This document shows positions 58,244 through 64,000 of a stretch of DNA of 64,000 nt, piece after piece (position 1 is the first letter of the stretch; the number at the start of each line of letters is the position of its first letter). The translations under genes and the position numbers were made by a program. The stretch lies in assembly GCA_036796575.1 (NCBI GenBank), contig DAIRCR010000002.1, forward strand, positions 21,020-85,019. Reading direction: 5' to 3'. The notes beneath the pieces are model-generated. The model searched no databases. It worked only from the letters and a program-made list of their open reading frames with translations, and had not been told where the DNA came from. The DNA is from Candidatus Nanopelagicales bacterium (lineage in GTDB: Bacteria > Actinomycetota > Actinomycetes > S36-B12 > UBA5976).

Positions 58244-59183
58244 GGTCGTCCTTTACTTCGTTAGTTGTTGCATTGTTGGTTGTTATCTCGCGAACTCGGC
58301 CAAGATCTGTCATTAGTCGTTCTAAAGTGTCGTCATTTCTAAAATCAGTAATGTGTAAGCCACGTACTGCCGGTTGCGCCAATGCGTGCTGGGCAAACTC
58401 CAAAGTCTGCAAATACGCTTCTTCGGCTGGATCAGCTGCCTTTTCCACGCGAGCAATTTGATCAGCAGGAACATCAATACCAGGCACACTGTTGTGCATA
58501 AAGTTCAGTGGCCGAGCTCCCTTAACCAAAACAACGGTTGGAATGATTGCGATTTTGCCAGCAAGGCCAGCATCGCGAACTCCAGCACAGAATTTTTCTA
58601 GCCGATCTTGGTGATAACAAATCTGAAGCTGCAGGAACTTTGCGCCTGCTGCGTACTTCTTTGCAACGCGTTGCACTCGGTACTCAAACGGTGGAGCGCC
58701 AGGATTTTCAACTGCGCCAATAAACATGTGCGGAGCTGGATCAATTTTGCGACCAGACATGTACTCGCCACGTTTAATTGTGCTCATTAGGCGAACAAGT
58801 TGTGGGCCATCTAAATCAAAAACTCTACGAGCTTCGGTTTCATCACCGGCAGTTACGTCATCACCCGTAAGTGCAACATAATTTTCTACGCCAAACATCG
58901 AGGCGCCCATGATGTCGGCTTGTTGGGCTAGGCGATTCTTGTCGCGGCACACAACCTGCAAGATTGGCTCTAAGCCAAGTTGCTTAATTGCAATTGCAGT
59001 TGCCACGTTTGATGCGTGTGCATGCGCTGCAGTGTTGTCCGTCGCATTGACACCATCAAACCAACCACGGAACCGATCTGCATACTTCTTTGCTTTTTCA
59101 AGTCCGTTTCCATCTAGGGAATGAAATTCAGCAGTAAAAACAGTTTCAGTTGTATTCATTAACTTTTGCTCAAGAGTCGACAT
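58227..59183 (-). CDS. metF: methylenetetrahydrofolate reductase (MetF family)
   Basis: 318 aa. The stretch VNATDNTAAHAH....AIAIK..G.EPILQVVCRD.NR...Q..I.GA...G..N.VALTGDD is an MTHFR barrel signature. Confidence 0.8.
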   Translation of the reverse strand: MSTLEQKLMNTTETVFTAEFHSLDGNGLEKAKKYADRFRGWFDGVNATDNTAAHAHASNVATAIAIKQLGLEPILQVVCRDKNRLAQQADIMGASMFGVENYVALTGDDVTAGDETEARRVFDLDGPQLVRLMSTIKRGEYMSGRKIDPAPHMFIGAVENPGAPPFEYRVQRVAKKYAAGAKFLQLQICYHQDRLEKFCAGVRDAGLAGKIAIIPTVVLVKGARPLNFMHNSVPGIDVPADQIARVEKAADPAEEAYLQTLEFAQHALAQPAVRGLHITDFRNDDTLERLMTDLGRVREITTNNATTNEVKDDHAYSA

Positions 59184-59581
59184 TAATGATCAACTCCTTG
59201 CGCAACAGATTCATCAGTTGTGTTCTTCCAACCAGCTGGAGTCCAGCGATCTCTCTTAGTGAAGAAGTTCTTCCAGGATGAAGTTCCCTTTAGGCGGTTA
59301 TCAACCGGTGGACGTAAATGGTTGTATTCGTCCTTCCAAGAAGACGGCAAAGGCCAATCCTGCGTGCGGTCATAGGCCTTAAGCCAGACGCATTTCATTT
59401 CTGGCTTCACTTCGCAATGACCGTTTTCGCGCACGCCACCACATGGGCCATTGCGCAATGTCTTTGGGCAATTCATAGGGCAAGTCATGCCAGTTGAATG
59501 CAAAACACATTGCCCGCAGTCTTGGCATCCCCAAACGGGACCCTTAACTACGTGCTCAATGGTTGCGATAAAGGTTGTCAT
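59183..59581 (-). CDS. metV: MetV-like zinc/FeS-ribbon protein (methylene-THF reductase C-terminal-domain family)
   Basis: 132 aa. It has the Cys-rich segment GCQDCGQCVLHSTGMTCPMNCPKTLRNGPCGG. It shares 1 nt with the metF start. Confidence 0.7.
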   Translation of the reverse strand: MTTFIATIEHVVKGPVWGCQDCGQCVLHSTGMTCPMNCPKTLRNGPCGGVRENGHCEVKPEMKCVWLKAYDRTQDWPLPSSWKDEYNHLRPPVDNRLKGTSSWKNFFTKRDRWTPAGWKNTTDESVAQGVDH

Positions 59582-59589
59582 GGTGATGT

Positions 59590-60246
59590 TTACTGGCCGC
59601 GCTTAACGGCGATTAGTTCCTTAGCCTTGCGAACTGCAGTTGAAGCATCTGCTGCATAGCCGTCAGCGCCAACAACATCAGCGTATTCCTGGGTAACCGG
59701 AGCGCCACCAACCATGATGATTACGTCATCGCGCATACCAGCCTTGGTAATTTCATGAATGTTTACCTTGAACATTGGCATTGTGGTTGTTAGGAATGCG
59801 GACATACCAACAACGTCTGGCTGATGTTCCTTGATTGCATCAATGAACTTCTCAGGTGCACACTGCACACCGATATCAATAACTTGGAAGCCAGCGCCTT
59901 CAAGCATGATGTTTACAAGATTCTTGCCAATGTCGTGAACGTCACCCTTAACAGTTCCCATTAGGAATGTTCCTACGGTCTCAGCACCAGTGTCTGCCAG
60001 TAGCGGACGAAGCACATCTAATGCGCCACTCATGGCACGACCAGCAATCAACATTTCTGGCACGAAGTAGTCGCCGCGCTCAAATCGTGCGCCAACTTCT
60101 TCAAGTGAAGGGATCAATGCATCGAACAGGATTGAGTCAGGTGTTAGCCCTTCCTCAAGTCCCATGTGAGTTAGCTCTAGCACGCGAGGTGCATTGCCTT
60201 CCATGGTGCGTTCGTACATTTCCTTTAGAATTTCGTCGGGTGTCAT
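59590..60246 (-). CDS. corrinoid (cobalamin-binding) protein of methyltransferase systems (MtgC/MttC-like)
   Basis: 218 aa. It has an N-terminal helical cap and a Rossmann-like domain with the base-off/His-on motif GDVHDIGKN (DxHxxG). SAFLTTT and GGAP are also present. Confidence 0.88.
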   Translation of the reverse strand: MTPDEILKEMYERTMEGNAPRVLELTHMGLEEGLTPDSILFDALIPSLEEVGARFERGDYFVPEMLIAGRAMSGALDVLRPLLADTGAETVGTFLMGTVKGDVHDIGKNLVNIMLEGAGFQVIDIGVQCAPEKFIDAIKEHQPDVVGMSAFLTTTMPMFKVNIHEITKAGMRDDVIIMVGGAPVTQEYADVVGADGYAADASTAVRKAKELIAVKRGQ

Positions 60247-61010
60247 GCCGCTCCTTCTTGTTGTAAGCCTTGCACTTGGTTTAATTCTCGACGCATAAGT
60301 TGTGCAATGTGCAATTCATCGCCTGGGGTAATTCTCTCAGCCGGACCACTAACCGACAAAGCCGCGATCGCCTTGCCGTTGGCACCTAGAACAGGAATAG
60401 CAACTGCAATCAGACCTTGTTCAAGTTCGTTACGTATAACGGCGTAACCAACTTCTCGAGCTTTTCGAATGTGCTGATCAAGTAATGCGAAATCTGTGAT
60501 TGTTTCTGTAGTGCGCGGCGCCAAAGTGCTCGGCACGGTAGCTCCACCAAAGGCAATCAGAACTTTGCCGGCTGCTGAGCAATGTGATGGAACGCTTTCA
60601 CCAACCCAATTACGACTACCTAATAAGTAAGAACCTTCAACTTGAGCGATGTTGTCGATACCGGTATGTCCGGTTACCGCAAGACTGACGGTTTCGTGAG
60701 TAATGTCAGCAATTCGTTCCATGGCTGGAGTCAATGAACCAATCAATGCTGTGTAAGCGCCACCACGAACTGCAAACTGGTTTAGAACTGGACCTGCTTC
60801 AAAGCCGCCAACCGTGCTTCGGGCCAAAAGCCCACTTCGTTCCAATGCGCTAAGAATTCGAGAAGTTGTTCCCTTAGCAAGGCCGGTGGCTGCAACTAAT
60901 TCACTTAAAGTTTGCGGATCCTCCGAGTTAATAACTCGGATTAAAAGGTCACAGGCGCGATCGATAGATTGCGTTCCAGTTACTGGCTTTTCGCCTAACT
61001 CTTCGCTCAT
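60243..61010 (-). CDS. IclR-family transcriptional regulator
   Basis: It has an N-terminal wHTH (SIDRACDLL......LSELVAATGLAKGTTSRIL.ALE..G) and an IclR effector domain. An ATGA overlap joins it to the corrinoid-protein gene. Confidence 0.85.
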   Translation of the reverse strand: MSEELGEKPVTGTQSIDRACDLLIRVINSEDPQTLSELVAATGLAKGTTSRILSALERSGLLARSTVGGFEAGPVLNQFAVRGGAYTALIGSLTPAMERIADITHETVSLAVTGHTGIDNIAQVEGSYLLGSRNWVGESVPSHCSAAGKVLIAFGGATVPSTLAPRTTETITDFALLDQHIRKAREVGYAVIRNELEQGLIAVAIPVLGANGKAIAALSVSGPAERITPGDELHIAQLMRRELNQVQGLQQEGAA

Positions 61011-61072
61011 CTCGCCTCCCCCTATATAGAGGTCAAATTTCGATCTGAAGCTTTCGAGAAAGTTTCACGATC

Positions 61073-61088
61073 TGGAACCTATGTTCCA
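61073..61088. promoter_or_regulatory. perfect 6-4-6 palindrome TGGAAC-CTAT-GTTCCA in the divergent promoter region; candidate IclR operator
   Basis: Read directly. The half-site string TATGTTCCA recurs at 61183-61191, overlapping the mttB-like start codon. Confidence 0.5.
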
Positions 61089-61148
61089 CATCGTACGCTA
61101 ACATATCGGGTATTCGTCAAGCCTTTTTGATGAAAAGTTTCAACTTGT

Positions 61149-61162
61149 TATCTAACTAGATA
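61149..61162. promoter_or_regulatory. perfect 6-2-6 palindrome TATCTA-AC-TAGATA upstream of the mttB-like gene
   Basis: Read directly. It lies 8 nt upstream of the ACAGGAG ribosome-binding site. Confidence 0.4.
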
Positions 61163-61183
61163 GCCGCACAACAGGAGCCCGTT

Positions 61184-62623
61184 ATGTTCCAGAACAAAAG
61201 CCCACGTTATGAAATTCTTTCGCAGGATGCCATGGCAGTCCTGGATAAGGGTTGGCGACGCATTGTTTCCGAAATGGGAGTCGAGTTTATGCACGAGCGC
61301 GCCTTGGACCTGTTCCGCGCAGCTGGGCAAAAAGTTGAAGGTAACAACGTTAAGTTCGATCCGGATTGGATTCTGGAGCAAGTTGCAAAGGCGCCGAGTG
61401 AATTCACTTTGCAGGCACGCAACCCAGAGAAGAACGTAATCATCGGTGGCGACAACATGGTTTTTGCTGGCGTTTACGGTCCACCGTTTGTGCGCGACTT
61501 GGCTGAGCGCCGTGATGGAACTCTTAAGGACTTCCAGAACTTCACCAAGCTTGGTCACATGTTTGGTGATCTAGATGTATCGAGCAGTGTTGTAGTTGAG
61601 CCAAACGATGCCCACCTAGATACTCGTCACATCGACATGATCCACAACTTGATGACACTTAGTGACAAGCCATTCATGGGCAATGTTGTTACTGGCTTGA
61701 ATGCACGAGACACAATCAAGATGGCTGAGATTGTTTTCGGTTCTCGCGAAAGCATCGAGAAGACTCCAGCCATTATTTCTCTAATTAATTGCAACTCCCC
61801 ACTTCGCTGGGATGATCGCATGTTGGAATCATTGTTTGAATACAGCGAGGCTGGTCAGCCTTGCGTTCTAACCCCATTCCTTTTGATGGGTGCAATGAGC
61901 CCAGTAACAATTCCAGCATCTTTGGTTCAGCAAATTGCTGAAGCATTGAGTGGTATTGCATTGGCACAGCTAGTTCGCCCAGGCTGCCCAGTTGTGTTTG
62001 GTTCATTCCTTTCAAACATTGACATGCAGTCCGGTTCCCCAATGTTTGGTACTCCAGAATCAGCAATGGGTCTGCTTTGCACTGGTCAGATCGCGCGTCA
62101 CTTTAACTTGCCTTTCCGTGGTGGTGGCGGACTAAACGCGGCCCAGACTGTTGATGCTCAGGCGGGTTACCAAACCTTGATGACAATGCACGCAACATTC
62201 CTTGCAGGCACAAACTTCGTTATGCACGCAGCCGGCTGGCTTGAAGGTGGCCTCGTAGCTTGCTATGAAAAGTTTGTTATGGACGTTGAAATTCTTCAGG
62301 CCATGCAGGCTGAGTTCACTCCATTTGAAATCGATGAAGCATCCTTGGCATTCGAAGCTCACGAAGAATCGGGTCATGGTGGTCACTTCCTAGGAACCCA
62401 ACACACCATGGAGCGATTCCGCGATTGCTTCTACCGACCATTCCTGTCGTCAGCAGATAACTTCGATCGCTGGTCACGCAATGGTTCAAAGACAACAGAT
62501 GTACGTGCCAATGAAATTGCGCACAAAATGATCGAAGAGTACGAGCCTCCAGCAATGGATTCCGCAATCAAAGAAGAGCTTGACGAATGGGTCGACAAGC
62601 GCAAAAAGGAGTTATTAGCATGA
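61184..62623 (+). CDS. MttB-superfamily methyltransferase without pyrrolysine (quaternary-amine/methylamine:corrinoid methyltransferase, MtgB-like)
   Basis: An uninterrupted 479-aa ORF. Its length and N-terminal region ([12 protein letters not shown].....RI..E.GVEF....AL.LF..AG..V) fit the trimethylamine-methyltransferase family. No in-frame TAG is needed. Confidence 0.8.
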   Translation: MFQNKSPRYEILSQDAMAVLDKGWRRIVSEMGVEFMHERALDLFRAAGQKVEGNNVKFDPDWILEQVAKAPSEFTLQARNPEKNVIIGGDNMVFAGVYGPPFVRDLAERRDGTLKDFQNFTKLGHMFGDLDVSSSVVVEPNDAHLDTRHIDMIHNLMTLSDKPFMGNVVTGLNARDTIKMAEIVFGSRESIEKTPAIISLINCNSPLRWDDRMLESLFEYSEAGQPCVLTPFLLMGAMSPVTIPASLVQQIAEALSGIALAQLVRPGCPVVFGSFLSNIDMQSGSPMFGTPESAMGLLCTGQIARHFNLPFRGGGGLNAAQTVDAQAGYQTLMTMHATFLAGTNFVMHAAGWLEGGLVACYEKFVMDVEILQAMQAEFTPFEIDEASLAFEAHEESGHGGHFLGTQHTMERFRDCFYRPFLSSADNFDRWSRNGSKTTDVRANEIAHKMIEEYEPPAMDSAIKEELDEWVDKRKKELLA

Positions 62624-64000
62624 AATCTGATATCGATATTGCTCGGGCAGCTACAACTGAATCAATTGTTTCGGTTGCAGCAAAAATCGGTATTCCTGCA
62701 GATGCAGTTCTGAACTATGGTCCAACAAAGGCCAAGATCAATATGGAATTCATCTCCTCGCTGAAATCTAAGCCAAACGGCAAGTTAGTTCTTGTTACTG
62801 CAATGACACCTACTCCTGCGGGTGAAGGCAAAACGACAACCACAGTTGGTTTAGGTGATGGCCTTAACGCCATTGGTAAAAAGGCAATTGTTTGTCTGCG
62901 CGAACCATCCCTTGGTCCATGCTTTGGCATGAAGGGTGGTGCTGCAGGTGGCGGTTTTGCTCAGGTAGTTCCAATGGAAGACATTAACCTGCACTTCACT
63001 GGCGACTTCCATGCCATCGGTGCTGCGCATAACTTGCTATCAGCAATGCTTGATAACCACATTTACTGGGGTAACGAACTAGGCATTGACGTGCGTCGCA
63101 TCGCTTGGAAGCGCGTAATCGATATGAACGATCGCGCCTTGCGCGAAATCACTGCTGCGCTAGGTGGACCTGGAAATGGTTACCCACGTGAAGCTGGATT
63201 CGACATCACAGTAGCAAGCGAAGTCATGGCGATTCTTTGTCTAGCAATGGATCTAGACGATCTAGAGCGTCGCCTTGGAAACATTGTTGTTGGTTATACC
63301 CGCGACAAAGTTGCAATTACTGCAGCACAACTAAATGCAAATGGTGCGATGACTGTACTCCTTAAAGATGCCTTGATGCCTAACTTGGTTCAGACTCTTG
63401 AGAACAATCCGGCATTTGTACATGGTGGGCCATTTGCAAACATTGCACATGGTTGCAACACAGTATTGGCAACCCATACTGCACTAAAGCTTGGAGACTA
63501 TGTAGTTACTGAAGCTGGCTTTGGTGCCGACCTTGGTGCTGAGAAATTCTTCGACATTAAGTGTCGCAAAGCCGGCTTAGAACCAGCTGCGGCTGTAATC
63601 GTTGCAACCGTTCGAGCGCTAAAGATGCATGGCGGCGTTGCAAAGGATGATCTTGGCAAAGAAAATGTTGCCGCTGTTGAAGCAGGACTTTCAAACCTTG
63701 GTCGTCATATCCGCAACGTACAAAAGTTTGGCGTTCCAGTTGTAGTTGGTGTCAACAACTTCACAACTGATACTGATGCTGAATTTGCTGCAGTGCAAAA
63801 GTACTGCGCTGAAATGGGCGTTGACGCTATTCGCTGCACCCACTGGGCCGAAGGCAGCAAGGGCACGACTGAGCTTGCGAAAAAGGTTGTTGAAATTGTT
63901 GAAGGTGGAACTGCAGCCTTCAAGCCGCTCTACCCAGACACCATGTCACTTTGGGACAAGGTCTCGACAATCGCAACGGAAATCTATGATGCTGGCGAAG
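62620..64000 (+). CDS. fhs: formate--tetrahydrofolate ligase, N-terminal ~460 aa (3' end beyond window; absent from ORF track)
   Basis: My own translation from ATG 62620 (ATGA overlap with the mttB-like stop) is MKSDIDIA...[17 protein letters not shown]...[20 protein letters not shown]. These are canonical FTHFS motifs. Confidence 0.93.
   Translation, partial: MKSDIDIARAATTESIVSVAAKIGIPADAVLNYGPTKAKINMEFISSLKSKPNGKLVLVTAMTPTPAGEGKTTTTVGLGDGLNAIGKKAIVCLREPSLGPCFGMKGGAAGGGFAQVVPMEDINLHFTGDFHAIGAAHNLLSAMLDNHIYWGNELGIDVRRIAWKRVIDMNDRALREITAALGGPGNGYPREAGFDITVASEVMAILCLAMDLDDLERRLGNIVVGYTRDKVAITAAQLNANGAMTVLLKDALMPNLVQTLENNPAFVHGGPFANIAHGCNTVLATHTALKLGDYVVTEAGFGADLGAEKFFDIKCRKAGLEPAAAVIVATVRALKMHGGVAKDDLGKENVAAVEAGLSNLGRHIRNVQKFGVPVVVGVNNFTTDTDAEFAAVQKYCAEMGVDAIRCTHWAEGSKGTTELAKKVVEIVEGGTAAFKPLYPDTMSLWDKVSTIATEIYDAGE

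Noticed and set aside
61011-61183. Cobalamin riboswitch controlling the corrinoid regulon
   Set aside because: The spacer is too short and I could not find the conserved B12-box-like core. Palindromic operator-type sites fit better.
61184-62623. Pyrrolysine (in-frame amber) in the MttB-family gene
   Set aside because: The ORF is continuous with no internal TAG, and no pyl genes are in the window.

Overview
This window looks like a chromosomal segment of a streamlined, mid-GC actinobacterium. Several synteny blocks are typical of Actinomycetota: tig-clpP1-clpP2-clpX, ndk-DUF4233-folC next to valS, nadD-LCP-like-rsfS-histidine phosphatase, rpiB-Rv2466c-like-pepN, and rne-rplU-rpmA-obg. Spacers are very short and many genes overlap, which suggests a freshwater acI/Nanopelagicales-like genome; that placement is inference only. 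I count about 65 protein genes and 6 tRNAs (Ala-GGC, Pro-UGG, Gly-UCC, Arg-UCU, His-GUG, plus a 37-nt duplicated tRNA-His 3' fragment). I saw no rRNA, CRISPR array, transposase, integrase or prophage genes. Positions 1-46 kb are mostly housekeeping genes with scattered amine and amino-acid catabolism: hutH, mmsA, an AA_synth/EthD/DapA-like/proline-racemase-like cluster, a sarcosine-oxidase-like flavoprotein, a TPQ copper amine oxidase and an agmatinase-like ureohydrolase. This part also holds an FeS-type photolyase with a coupled DUF2256 mini-protein and a 1220-aa BspA-type LRR surface protein. The stand-out region is 46.3-64 kb, directly downstream of the tRNA-His with its att-like duplication. 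It starts with molybdenum-cofactor genes (fdhD, mobA, moeA). An 11-gene, tightly overlapping minus-strand operon follows: IclR regulator, corrinoid protein, MetV, MetF, methyl-THF:corrinoid methyltransferase, RACo-type reductive activase, DUF1638 and NAD-dependent formate dehydrogenase FdsGBAD. Divergent from this operon is a non-pyrrolysine MttB-family methyltransferase translationally coupled to formate-THF ligase. Together these read as a complete corrinoid-dependent route from a methylated amine (for example a quaternary amine such as glycine betaine) through methyl-THF and formate to CO2. The unusual point is that this route is wired into a single regulon in an organism whose other genes in the window (copper amine oxidase, flavin oxidase, truncated haemoglobin, photolyase) imply an oxic lifestyle. 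All family assignments come from reading the translated ORFs by eye; no database search was possible.
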